Part shown: piece by piece, positions 40,652 through 53,930 of the stretch
How positions within the stretch are numbered: position 1 is the stretch's first letter
Layout: each line of letters begins with the position of its first letter
Assembly: GCA_964016885.1 (NCBI GenBank)
Contig: OZ024743.1
Coordinates: 250,976,001 to 251,040,000 of the forward strand
Reading direction: 5' to 3'
Source: Eledone cirrhosa
Taxonomy: Eukaryota
DNA: 64,000 nucleotides
The notes under the pieces: model-generated
Databases searched by the model: none
Seen by the model: only the letters and a program-made list of their open reading frames with translations
Told to the model about the DNA's origin: nothing
Position numbers and translations under genes: made by a program

Positions 40652-41696
40652 ATATATCATGCAATCAACCACAAGGAAACATGTATTTGATGGGTATATA
40701 TAAGCTTTTAATCTTAGAATTATACTAATTTGTAAATAATTAGAGCTCATGTGGTTAATTAATTAAGATATATATCAAGAAGCAAGCTAGCCACCAAAAT
40801 GTATGATAAAGTTATATCTGTATAAATACAGAGTGTCCAACCGAGACTGCACCAACATGTATAAATATATATACATATCCAATATGTAGGCATCTAAACA
40901 TGCCAGAAAATACGAATTTCCCTGTAAATTGAATATATAAATTCATAATTAAATTTGTCACGAACATACTTAACATCTCAATAATAAGAGATCGCTAGAA
41001 AAATCTCTTTCAAAGAAGCAAATATATATAGAATATCATATAAAGTGTCAGTGAATGGTAGATCCCAGTGCTTTAAAAAGAACACCTCCCAAGCATCTTT
41101 CCCAAGGGACATATTCACAGTTAAGCAAACTAAAAACAGTAAGCCTAACTAAAATTCCCGAACAGCGGTTTCAAAACTGAAGAATAAATCTGACCATTAC
41201 AATATGGCCATCACTAACAGAACAGTTCTTCATCGGAGGGATTCTGTTAGGTATAAAAACATCTATAAAGACCTATTCGGTGATTTTAAAAGAATATTAA
41301 TATTGTACGCATGCATATATCTACAAGGTAAATATTTGTACATACTTACAAAGCGACTGGCCTAAAAGGCCATTAGAAATAGCAGCCAATATGGGCTGTC
41401 AATCATTTCACCATTTTGAGAGCAGTATTTATTATTATACATAATTAAACTTGCCACGAATATAAATAACTGTCAATATGTCCCAAGAGAAAGATGCTTG
41501 TGAAATGTTGTTTTTAGAGTACTCTACCAGGATCTACACATCAAGATATTCTATATATACATATATATATATGAGTGGTATGTATATATATATATATATA
41601 TGTGTATATGTATATATGTATATATGTATATATATATATATATGTATGTATACATGTGTGTGTGTGTATGTATATATATATGTATATATGTGCATG

Positions 41697-41808
<112 letters not shown>

Positions 41809-41846
41809 TATATTTAATTATGTAATAAACAACACAATATAATTAT

Positions 41847-41903
41847 TTCATTACCCAAGGTTTCACGAAGGCACGAAGTCATGAATCCTTTCATCAGATA
41901 GAA
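41847..41903 (-). ncRNA. Hammerhead-like motif, imperfect
   Basis: Minus strand: ttctat-CTGATGA-aagg...cctt-cgt-GAAA-cc[ttg]gg-TA-atgaa. Stem III resembles that of 62927-62995. Confidence 0.5.
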
Positions 41904-43169
41904 GTATTTATATATATATATATATATAGACCTAATGATTAATTGATTAATTTAATTTGACAATTCCATTGATTGGTTAATTATTTAAGTTTGTTTAATA
42001 ACGGTCTGGTTGAGTGCTTAATTCAGTTTGTGTATGGAATTTTTTCCATTGCTCATGATTTTAATTTGACCGCCATAAACCGGGGTTACCTCCCTTTGGA
42101 GTAACATGTGCTATCACACCGGGATTTGGGTTAGAACGAAAGCCTGTTGAGAAAGTAAATCCTCTGTTCGATCTTCCAGAAATCTAACTTGTATACACCA
42201 CAAGCGGATTTTGTTGATTTCGGATTTACAGAAACTTCACTTAGATATTCAATAATTTCGAAGTGATGGTTCAGGTATGTTATATATACAGATATGTGCA
42301 TATACGTATATATATATATATATATATATAATGCATGCATATATGTGTGTATGTATGTGTATTTATGTGTGTGTATGTATGTGTATTTTTTCCGCACTAG
42401 TCAGTTCTTTCGTTGCTACTGATCACGCAGCTGAATTAGCGGTCGCTATTTTCAATTTGCAAAGCCCTTTAAACTCTATGTTATTACTCTGAGGCCTATA
42501 CCTTGTTGACTGCTTGGCTTGGCTGTACTGCTGAAGGCATTCGTTGGCTTAGCTGCTACTCGAACTTCGAATATGCTGTACTTTTATATATATATAGTGT
42601 GTGTGTTGGGTAGTACAGTGAATTGCTGGTGTTGGTACTAAATCTAGCACTCTATGCACAGGCAGAGTGTATATAATAGAAAAAAACGAGGAAGTTTCGT
42701 TTACTTATAAAAAGTATTTATTGTGTATCGACCTGTTAGCTCAAGGTAATCCATATATAAATATGCGCATGTATGTATATATGTATGTACATGCATACAC
42801 ATACATACACACATTCATATATATTCATGGACCCTTAATTCTTAAGTGAATTGTAGGGGTGATGTACTGGGCATTGAAACTCCTGTAGGAGAGAACACAA
42901 CTAAATTCTTCTAGTGAAAAAGAGAAAGATGGAAAGAAAAATATGAAAAAGGGATGTAATGGAAGACTTGACGCCAGTAAATGACTGGTACTTTATTGAT
43001 TTCGAAAGTGTGGAAAGTGAAGAGAATACTGGTGGTATTTGAACAGAGGGAATAAACACTGCAAACCATTTTATCTGATGTAACAAATCCTGCCAATGTG
43101 CTGCTCTGTACACACGCACACACAAATATATATTTTCGTGTATACATATTTCTTTATATCTCTATAAAT

Positions 43170-43225
<56 letters not shown>

Positions 43226-43396
43226 TTATATATGTATTTATATTTATATAAGTTTGTATATAAATAAATATATGTATGTGTATATGCATATATATGTGTA
43301 TAAATATATATATATGTTTATATAAATATATATATGTATGTTTATATATAAATTATATATATATATATATATATTCGTATGTATTTATTTATTCCT

Positions 43397-43466
<70 letters not shown>

Positions 43467-43999
43467 CTAGCGCATTTATTGAAAACAACATTTTATGAAA
43501 GAATTTCATTCGAAAGACATATTCTTAGAAAAACACGGAAATATATCAAAACGAAATGTCAACTAATTGTTCTAAAGAACTTATTGTCATTTTAGAACAA
43601 TAAGAACAGATTTCTTCAATGAAATATATATTAAATTTATTTTCAGGCTATTTGTTTTGTTTATTTATAAGAATATAAATCAAAATAGAAATAAATTGAA
43701 TCTTAATTATTGGATCTTAATGGTTTCATGTTTTATAAACAATCATCAGTGAAAAGTGACACAACAGATTGAAGTTTTTTGTATATCCTAGTTTTACAAG
43801 CGGTGCACTTTACCCCAACAAGGATGACAGTAAATAGAGAACGTGAAGGAAATCTAACCTCAAACACACAACCTCAGAAAAGGAAATATGATGAGTTAAG
43901 ACTATTATGATGCCTACAAGGCTATTTCATTCCTCCTACACACACTGTAGCAGAGAAATCATTATCGTTATAGTTTCATTTTTGCTTCCCATTTTGGAA

Positions 44000-45744
44000 T
44001 AGGTTAGACAAAAATTGTTTCTATGTTCCTGGCTTGTAATCACTTTTTTGTGTTGCTTAGGTCCCAAATAAATAAAAAAGTGCTATTAAAAAGTTAAAAG
44101 TTTGGGTTTGTAAACATTCTAAGCTATTCACTAGAATTATTTGTATGCTGGATTTTACGTTGTATGTAAGTTTAATTTGCTTATGTTAAATGATTTGTTT
44201 ATATATGTTTCAGGTTAAATTAAAATTATAAAATAAAGAGTAATACCTAAAGAAAATGTTCAAAGTGCAATAAAGTATAAAATTGTTAAAAAGAGGATTA
44301 AAGAGATTTATTGATACTGGATTTTCGCACCCTGAATAAAGGGTCAGTTGTGTTTTAAACATTCGTCTCCAGGATGAAGCAGTGGAACTTGGTCAAGGAG
44401 GAAGTGCAGGTGCCAAGTCAGAGATGTCGACACGAACCTTTTACACGCAGGCTTTTACACTATTAGGGATGGCCTCTGCTTCTGCCATGACGTGCCTGGA
44501 CTGTTTGACGTTATTGGGGTGTCGTTTGTGCCCAAGGAGTGGCGGCTATTTATAGACAGTTCCACCACAAGTTTGAAGGCTGTCCTCCTCCATAATGGAA
44601 ACAAGTTCTCGACACTGCCCCTAGCTCATTCAGTCTGCCTGAAGGAAGATTACTACAGTGTGAAAGTCCTCTTGGAAGTTCTGCAATACAACCAGTACAA
44701 TTGGGAAATCATTGGAGACTTTAAGATGGTGGCTTTCCTACTTGGACTCCAAGGAGGCTTTATCAAATTCCAATGCTTCCTCTGCCTTTGGGACAGCAGA
44801 GCCACCTCTGACCACTACAAAAGAAAGAACTGGGAGAAGCGAACAGAATTTGTAGTTGGGACCCGGAACGTCACGTGGGAGCCACTGGCTGGTTGATCTC
44901 AAGATTGTGCTCATGCCGCCACTGCACATTAAGTTGGGGTTGATGAAGCAGTTTTTGAAGGCTCTCAACCAAGAACCAGCCGCTTTTAAGTACCTTCTTG
45001 AGTTTTTCCCCAAGTTATGTGAGGCCAAAATCAAAGGTGGAATTTTTGTTGGACCTCAGATAAAGAAGCTTTTTGAGTCTACCGAGTTCTCCAATAAGCT
45101 CAATAGGATTGAGAGAACAGCATGGAACTGTTTCAAGGCAGTTGTTAAGGGCTTCCTGGGCAACTACAGAGCTGAAAACTACCAGAAACTGGTGCAGGAT
45201 CTGATAAAGGCTTTTGGCGTCATGGGATGCAGGATGTCGCTTAAACTCCATATGCTGGACGCTCACCTGGAAAAATTCAAGGACAATATGGGCGCCTACT
45301 CAGAAGAACAAGGCGAACGATTCCACCAAGATGTGAAAGAGATAGAGAGGAGGTACCAGGGCCACTACAATGAAAGAATGATGGGGGACTATATCTGGCG
45401 GCTAGTGCGGGAATGCGACCTGGACTACAACCGCAAATCCAGGAAATCCAGTCACTTCTGACGTGTATAAGCTGCTTTATAAGTGTTATTTGTTTTTACT
45501 TGTTTGCTTTTGATAAGCTTGTGTAATAAAATAAATATATACTCTGTTGATTTAATTATATGAACTGATAAATTTTTTTTTAAATGTGTTTTTTCTTGAA
45601 AAATATGAAAATTTCGAAATATGAAACTCCTGACCACAAACCCAAACTTCTGATTAAATAATAGTGTTTTTTTAATAATAATGGTATATAACAAACCATG
45701 AAATGCCACTTAGAACCGGGGTACAAAAAGTATGTTACACAGTG
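44000..45744 (+). mobile_element. Chapaev3-like (CMC / Transib-related) DNA transposon, internally deleted
   Basis: Right terminus gttacacagtg followed by tta. A weak inverted left-end similarity (aagtttgggtttgt) lies at ~44000-44112. The left boundary is uncertain. Confidence 0.75.
44362..45461 (+). pseudogene. Chapaev3-like transposase catalytic core with a frameshift
   Basis: WRLFIDSS, LKAVLLHNG, IIGDFKMV, CFLCLWDSR, PPLHIKLGLMKQF, MSLKLHML, SEEQGERFHQD and ERRYQG motifs. ORFs 44492-44896 and 44856-45461 are split by a 4-bp duplication (ccactggctggttgat). Confidence 0.9.
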
Positions 45745-46019
45745 TTATCACAGTCTCAGACATGACAAGGCACTTTATTTAATCACACTTTACTCATAAA
45801 TTCCATACTTTGGCATGGTTTCTATGGCTGGTTGCCCTTCCTATACCAAATAATTTACAGGGTTTACTGGGTGCATTTCATCATGGCACCAGCAAAATAA
45901 CTTGTATAGGGTGAATTTAATTGTGACACCAGGACTACCATTTACAGAGAGTGTAGTGAGTGTATTTTATTGTGATACTAATATTACAGCATTCGGAGTG
46001 TACCGTGTGTATTTTACCA

Positions 46020-46666
46020 TTCTCATTACTGATGAAAAAGGGTGTCTCTAGATTAATGTGAAGTCTAAGTGATTATGGGTTGATAAAGTGAGTGAACCAT
46101 AATAGCAAGCAACGGCTGACCTCCACACTTCCTAAACCCTACTGAGTGTCTGGTGGGACCAGAAAGGTGTCGTTCACTACGAGATGTCCCCACCAAACAT
46201 CAACATTATCTTGGATGTCTATTGTCAACAACTTGACAGATTATTGGCAAAAATCGCACAGGTGTGTCCACACCATCGTACTGTTTGATTCCTTCATAAG
46301 AATACTTCGCCACATACATTAAGGATGACCCATGACAAGCTGCTGGAGCTAGGTTGGAGGTTCTGCCCCACCCACTGTTATTGCCCAACCTCATGCCTAC
46401 AGACTATCACATTTTCTCTTAATGAACAATGTAATACAGTCAAAGACCTTTGCTAATGAAGATCAGATAAATCAGTGATTGATGGAATTCTTTGTATCGA
46501 AGCCAAAACAATTCTACAGGGATGGTATCAGGGGCTTTCCTAAACGATCGCAGACGGTAATCGCAAATGACGGCGATTATTTTGACTTGTAAAATTTTCC
46601 TAATATAAAAACTGTCGAGGTCAATAAATATTTGAAAACCAGCGAGAACATTCTGTCGAAACTAAT
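46020..46666 (+). mobile_element. Degraded mariner (DD34D-type), 3' two-thirds with right TIR
   Basis: ITDEK.., SVWWDQKGVVHYEM, ELGWEVLPHPLLLPNLMPTDYHIF and FYRDGIRG.PKR remnants. Ends cattctgtcgaaactaata-TA. Confidence 0.8.
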
Positions 46667-46724
46667 ATATGCATTTGTATGTATATATTCATATATCTAT
46701 GTACATATGTATATATATATGTTT

Positions 46725-47592
46725 TTATATGTATTGAGAAAAGCCCTGGACGAAAACTCAGAGCTTGGTTTCACTCTCACAAAGCGAAAGTGTAGACGCC
46801 ATGCAGCTCAGAAAATCACTGATGCTGACTATGCAGATGATTTAGCGGTCCTCGCTGACTACCTTAAGGATGCAACATCACTATTTCACAGCATCGAATC
46901 AGTTGCAAAGGAAATCGGACTATGTCAATGCAAGCAAAACAGAATATATTTGCCTGAACCAAGACTCCTCAGTTGGTATGCGAAGTCTAAACGGCGATAT
47001 AATCAAGCAAGTTGACAACTTCAAATACCTGGGTAGCTATATCGCCTCCACAGAACATGATGTTAACATCAGACTGGGTAAAGCCTGAGGAGCATTGAAT
47101 GCAATTGAAAAAATATGGAAATGAAACCTGCCGGCCAAACTGAAAAGGAATTTCTTCAGAGCTGCTGTGGAATCTGTGCTTGTTTATGACTCTATCACTT
47201 GGACGCTAACGTCGAAACTGGAGAAAAGGCTAGACGGGGCATACACACGTATGCTCCGTGCTGCTTTAAACGTGTCTAGGAGGGAACAACCAACAAATAA
47301 GGACCTCTATGGCAATATACCACCTATCAGCATGTCAATACGTGGACAGAGACTTAGATTTTCTGGCCACTGTTGGCGCAGCAAGGAAGAAATAGCAGGT
47401 GATGTGTTGTTATGGAGTCCATCTCATGGAGCAAGAAACGCTGGTCGTCCCAAGAAGACATACGTCAAGCAACTTGAAGACGATACTAGATGCACTGCGG
47501 AAGAACTGGCAAACGCTATGAGAGACAGAGATGGATGGAGGTAACGTGTCGTAGAAAGCCGAGCAAGCTCGACCTGATGTTGATGATGATTA
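46725..47592 (+). mobile_element. 5'-truncated RTE-clade LINE (RT C-terminus and tail)
   Basis: [38 protein letters not shown] and GRPKKTY motifs; (tga)n tail at 47575-47590. Confidence 0.9.
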
Positions 47593-47619
47593 TATATATA
47601 TATATATATATATAATAAA

Positions 47620-49355
47620 AAAAATAATTATAAAAATGTTCGCTTTACATGGCTGAATACAATAAATGTAATCTGACTTTTTCGAATATTAATAATATTC
47701 GATTCGTTTGCAATTATGCAAACAAGCCTCATTTTTAAAGCAATGTCAGTAGAATGAGCCCCTCATTCTTGCTCTTGCGTTGGCATGTAAACAGAACTGA
47801 AGACACTAATGTTTCTGGGTTTTACTCTTCATCAGTATAGTTCACTGTTCACCTTCCAACTGTCAATGCTAGTGAAAATATATGATATTTTCTAAAATAT
47901 ATAGTGACTGATCGGCCTGATTTGCATATTAGCAGACGGGCTGATCACTCAGATGTGCATATTAGCAGATCCACTGATCAACCAGATTTGCATATCAGCA
48001 GACTGGCCAGTCAGTTTCCTGTATACGAGAGATCAATGACCGGCTTTGCCATATTAAATAAAAAAAAAATTTCGCTCTACTTGATTGAATACAATAAATT
48101 TAATCTGAGTTTTTCGAATATTAATAATAATATTCGATTCGTTTGCAATTATGCAAACAAGCCTCATTTTTAAAGCCATATTAATATAAGTAATGGTATA
48201 AACATAAAATATACTTAGCTACCGCATCAAGACGTAAATTATCCGCGTATTGTCCATACTATCCGTTAGGGTATAACGTGGGGCTGTAATACAGGAAGGT
48301 TTTATGCAATTTGTGTTTACAAGCCGAAATTGCCTCAGATTTTTTGTTTAAGATGTAATCATTAGCGTAGATTATTTCCAGGGCTTCAGCGGCACAGAGA
48401 TCGCATGGTCTTTTGTTTCCGTTATACGATCTAGCTTTAGCTAGGGTCTCCCAGTGTAACCTATATTGGGCGTGGTTGTCTTTTAGACTCCAGATATAAG
48501 CCGAAAGTGACGTCATGTTCCTTCTTAAAGCGTTAAGAAAAGAAAGGGTGTGCATGTAAATACGCTGCTTGAATCTATTGGCGGTTAACCCTATGTAGGC
48601 CCTACTAAACGTTGGTGTTTCGACCTTACATTTGTAGACAATATTACTGGAGAGGCATTTCTCGGATAGAGGGCAGTCTACCCGATTCCTACAATTACAG
48701 TTAGTACTAGCTACAGGGTTGTTAGTGTTATTATGGCTAGGTAATTCGGCTAAATTTGATGCAGTGATGTTATGTGTAAAGTTAGGAGTCGTGGAGTAAG
48801 ATATTTTAACGGTATTTCTATTAAAAATGTTATTATATTTATGTGCTGAGGGGAAATGTTTCTTAATTAGAGAGAGAAAGATTTTAGCTAAAGGTGTGGC
48901 CACTTTCATATTATATGGTGGGTTATACCATATAATGCGTCGGGATCTATTTTTCCTAGGTTTATTGTTCATACTTAGTATGTTCTACCTTATCAACAAA
49001 TCCGCTCCGAGCAAGAGCTTCATTGTAATATGTGGAATGATCGGTGAACATATGTTCGTTTGTAGATAGACGAGAAAGCCTCAATGAAACGTTTCTTACT
49101 AGGTTCTTGGTTATGCTGGCAGGATGGTTAGAATGCTTACTGATGTAATTAAGCGTATCATTCGGCTTTCTATACGGGTAGTGCAAGCCATTTGGCAATT
49201 TGAGTGTAACGTCGAGGTAGTTTACAACAGAAAGGCTGGCCTCAACTTGTATGGAGAGGTTGAAGCCTTTAAAGAAAGATGTGAGTTCTTTCCTAAACCT
49301 ATCGCAAGCGCGGGGACCGCACTTGGTCATGGTCAAAAGACCGCCATCACGGTAG
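47620..49355 (-). mobile_element. Second 5'-truncated Penelope-like element (Naiad-like) with direct-repeat pseudo-LTR
   Basis: ORFs 48962-49375 (YRD(G)GL, NYLDVTL, SNHP) and 48259-48972 (WYNPPY, CNCRNRVDCP, IVYKC..YIGLT, CDLCAAE). Direct repeats at 47638-47740 and 48072-48175. Confidence 0.92.
47794..47843 (-). ncRNA. Hammerhead motif in the 3' region of the PLE
   Basis: Minus strand: gaactata-CTGATGA-agagt[aaa]accca-GAAA-cat[ta]gtg-TC-ttcagttc. Core intact, stems I and II with mismatches. Confidence 0.7.
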
Positions 49356-50051
49356 ATATATATATATATATTCATTTACATACTCTTATGTAATTATATG
49401 TATATTTGTACACCAATGTGCTTTTAGGCGAAATGGTCAGACATCCCGTCTAATTGGATATTGGTATACCGGCACATAGTCAAACAAGGAAGAAGGAACA
49501 TACCTCAATATTATGTTATGTGAACATTTTTTAATAGGAGCAATTACAGAATATATTCAAATACATTAGTGCTCCTTGGTTGGGATATATTTTAGTCGTC
49601 ATATAAAACCGCATGGTGTGATATCGTCCTTTGGATCACTGCGTGGAAAACACGTCTATTGCCTCCGAGGTATCACCGTTCAAGAGTTATTGTTTCAGCT
49701 ACTGACGTCAGAACGTGACGTCAGAACTAAGGGAAGTTAATCGACTGCCTTCAAAGTCGACGCTAGATGGCGTGATCTTCTACATTTCCTCCCACCAGAT
49801 TTTTTAGAAAATTAAATAAAAATCGGTTCATCGAATCATCTATGTAGAAAAACCGATTAGCAACCATCAAAAATCTCTAACCAAGGAGCAATCAGCCCAA
49901 CCGATCATGAAGGGCACAACAAATTTCAAAAATACATATTAAACAAGCATTCAAGAACGTGAAAGGAAACAACAAATGTAATAAAATGTAAATACAATTG
50001 CCTAAATGTTCCAATAGTCACTACAGGATTAAAGCACCGCACAATACCAGT

Positions 50052-53000
50052 TTAAAAATATACCGTGCTACACAGTTTTCTGGGCCAATGAACCCTCCGA
50101 CCGGAACGGATCGTAGTCTTATATCTTGGTGATGGGGGGGGGGAACAGGTGTGTGTGTGCAAAAGAGAAAGATGGGGGTGTATGTGGCTCAGGTGTGTGA
50201 GCATCTGTGTGGGCCCGTTTAAGTCTATCAACCGCAATGGTCTCTCTGGATCCCTTAATGTCTACAGTGAAATGTTTATCAGAACGAGCCAACACACAGT
50301 AGGATCCAGAGTACGGTTGTGTGAGAGGTGGTTTCACGGCATCGTTTCTCACAAACACATGGGTCCACGAGGCAATATCCCCCGGGACTGCTAATTTTAC
50401 AGTTTGCTTCCTCGTATCCATCGGCGGCAGGTCCTGAAAATAAGACGCAGACGGGATACGTAGGAAAGCGGATCTTGTTCAGCAAGATCGACAGAGGCAA
50501 GCATTTGCCCAGGCAACGCTAGAGGAGCACCATACAATAATTCGGCCGGGGAGAACCCAAGGTCCTCCTTTATTGATGACCGAATCCCCAACAACACAAT
50601 TGGGAGGTACTCGCTCCAACGCGTAGAGTCAGAAGTCCGTAGAGCGGCTTTTAGTTGTCGGTGGAAACGCTCCACCATTCCATTAGATGCAGGATGATAT
50701 GCAGTCGTTCGGATGCGTTTAGCGCCGATGATTTTCGTTAATTCATGGAAGAGATTCGATTCAAACTGTCTTCCACGGTCCGTTGTAATCGTGGTTGGCA
50801 CTCCAAAGCGGGCAATCCATCCTGATACTAGGGCACGTGCTGTCGTTTCAGCAGTGATGTCTTTCAAGGGGATGGCTTCAGGCCATCGCGAAAAACGTTC
50901 AATAACAGTCAATAGATAAGTATGACCCCACTGACTGGCCAAGGTCCCACGATATCCACATGAATGTGCCGGAAACGGGCGTCCGGTGTACTGAACGTAC
51001 CGAGCGGAGCCTTAACGTGTTTATGGATTTTCGATTTCTGGCAAGCGATGCAGGAACGGCACCAAGCAGTAATATCGCGCCTCATATTTGGCCAGAAGAA
51101 TCTGGCTGTTATGAGCTTTACTGTGGCAGAAGATCCTGGGTGGGAAATGCTGTGTAAAGCAAGAAACACAGTACGACGATGGTTTAGCGGGACTAATGGT
51201 CTCGGTGAATCCACGGAAACGTCGCAGAGAATCTGTCCGTCTGCGGTGGGCAATGGCAGGTATTTCAAATTACTCGTCGCAAATTCGGCTGATGTAATAT
51301 CCAACGATTCCAGTTGGTCTGCTGCCAAGTGATTTAAATCGATGTCGTGGGATGACGCAATTGAACCGATCCGCAATCGAACAGGGCGTCAGCCGCTGTG
51401 TTCAATGAGCCTGGAATGTGTTGGATGTCGTTTGTGAATTGCGAGATAAAGTCGAGATGCCTTGTTTCTCCGAGCGAGTACTTGTCGGATTTTGCCCTTA
51501 AAGCGAAGGTCAAAGGTTTATGGTCAGTATAGATTGTAAAACACCTTCGAGCATATGTGAAAAATGTTTCACGGAAATGTTGATGGCAAATAGCTCCCGG
51601 ACAAAGGTGCTGTAGCGAGTTTCTGCAGGCTTCAACTTCCTGGAGAAAAATTCAAATGGTTGTTGGTGATAGTCACTACTCTGTTGTAAGATTGCACCCA
51701 CTGCAGTATCCGACGCATCAGCACAAAGCGAAAGCTTGGCATTGGACTCTGGGTGGGCCAGCAAAGATGCACTAGCCAATGCTGATTTGGCTTTTTGAAA
51801 ATCCTCGAGCTGAGTCTGAGTCAAAGAGATGTCCTTATTTTTCTTGCGGCAATTTTTCAGAATCTCAGTAAGAGAGAAGAGTAGATTAGCACAATGCGGA
51901 ACAAAACGTCTATAGAAATTTATCAGTCCTAGGAATTGTCGCAACTGACGAAGTGAGGTCGACGGAGGCAAATCCTCTATAGCCTGAACTCGTTGAGGGA
52001 GGGGTCGAATACCCTCGGAGTCAATGACATGACCTAAAAAATTCAGCGATTCCGCACCGAAAACACATTTTGTGGTATTTATTTGAACACATGAATGTGG
52101 ATATCCTTGAGTCGACAAAACAAAAGATTCAAATGACGTATGTGTTCTTCTCTGGAGGAACTAGCAATAAGCAGATCATCAATATAAGTGTAGACGAAGT
52201 CTAAACCACGAGTGACCTCATCCATGAACCGTTAAAAGGTGCTAGCAGCATTCCTAAGTCCGAAAGGCATGGTAAGAAATTCGAATGATCCAAATGTAGT
52301 CGTAATGGCCGTTTTCTGAATATCTTCTTTCTTGACAGGAATCTGATGATAGGCTCGCACCAAATCGAGCTTCGAGAATATTTTACATCCCTGCAATGAC
52401 GATGCAAAATCTTGCAGGTGTGGAATAGGATATCTATCCGGGACAGTTATAGCATTTAACTTCCTATAATCCCCAGTGGGTCTCCAGTCGCCAGAAGTCT
52501 TGGGTACCATGTGCAACGGAGAAGCCCAAGGGCTCGTAGAAGGGCGAATTATGCCTAGCTGCAGCATGTGGTCGAACTCGGACCGTGCTGCCTTCAATTT
52601 GTCCGCAGGCAAGCGACGAGGACGTGAGAACACTGGGGCGCCAGTTGTAGAGATAAAATGCTCCGTTGTGTGAGTCGGTTCGACAACTCGAAAATTTCCC
52701 TGAGTAAGCTGTGGGAAAGAATTCAACAATGCATGAGGGGGATTCCCAGCATTAGCGATGAAAAAGGTCGGGCTAACCGTTGGAAAATTAGCTTTCTGGC
52801 CACGAAGAGAAAAACCAGTAATGTCGTCTACTAGGCGTCGGCCACGGACGCCCACCGTCAATGCAAAATGGTGTAGAAAATCCGCTCCCAAGATCGGATA
52901 TGGTAGGTCAGCAACCGTAAAAATCCATTTGAATTCTCGTCGAAGATTTTTGAATTGCAGAGGAAGCGAGATTTGTCCAAAAGTCCGTATCGGCGAATAA

Positions 53001-53190
53001 TTGACAGCTTGTAGATTCATTGATGACTCAGGAGGAGTTACTGTCATACAATTGACAGGCCAAATACTGCACGAAGCTCCTGTGTCAACGAGGAATGCTC
53101 TTCCAGACAGGAGGTCCTCTATGAAGAAATGGCGGTTCTGTTGTGTCTCGCAGAGTTCATTTACCGCCTTTAGTGACTCTGGTCCACATT
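50052..53190 (-). pseudogene. pol: Gypsy pol (protease, RT, RNase H, integrase) with multiple frameshifts
   Basis: [52 protein letters not shown]-x3-H..C-x2-[29 protein letters not shown] and PYSG motifs. Confidence 0.93.
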
Positions 53191-53930
53191 TCCCGAAGCT
53201 GAATATTTACATGGAGGCCGGCAATGTTTTGCCTTATCCGCGAAGGTGGCATGATACCAGAAAAATAATGGATTGCTGGCGGGCGAAGTAGTATGCTGAC
53301 GTGGAGTCGCGAAAGAACGCGAACGACTCCTAGGCCGCCAGGAATACGGCCTATTCTCCCTGCATAATCGAGAGACTTGCTACGTCAAAGCGTCAATAGC
53401 CTTCAACATGGCATCCTCGCGTGTCGAGACGGGCTGGTTCAAATGAGAGGAAGCAATATGCGAGTCCGAGGCGGTAGCCTTTTTAGAAAATCCCACGATT
53501 CGATCCCCGGAGGCAGCAATTTGCTCCAAAGAGCTGGTGTCTACTATATTTGCCAAAATAATTTGGACGTTGTTTGGCAGGCGAGAGGAAAATAATTTTT
53601 TAATAAAAGAATTATCCTGTTCAGGCGATTCACTGAGGTCCCTAATGTGGCGCAAAAATTCGGACTGCGACCTATCGCATAGACACTCATCCTCCAACAA
53701 TGAACGCAATCTGCTCTCAGCAGAACGACTGTTCCTTCGAAGAATTTCTTCCCGCAACGAATCATAAGAAATACTGGCCGACGGGTTCGTAATCAAATCT
53801 TTCACTGTTATAGTTATAAAAAGTTGAGCTTTTTCTCGGTTTTCACTTCGTTGGCAGCGAAATAAGCGTCGAGCTGCGCAAACCAGAGCTTAGTATCACC
53901 CGAGAACGCAGGCAAACCAGGACCACTCAT
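53170..53930 (-). pseudogene. gag: Gypsy gag, disrupted
   Basis: MSGPGLPAFSGDTKLWFAQLDAYF..., YDSLREEILRR, and C-terminal WYHATFADKAKHCRPPC followed by a GGGAAAT slippery-like site at 53188-53194. Confidence 0.85.

Noticed and set aside
42520-42585. Additional hammerhead (ctgaagg...gaat)
   Set aside because: Both core boxes are mutated and the stems are unconvincing, so it was not counted.
46025-46045. Hammerhead core ctgatga
   Set aside because: It encodes the TDEK catalytic motif of the mariner remnant and has no paired stems.
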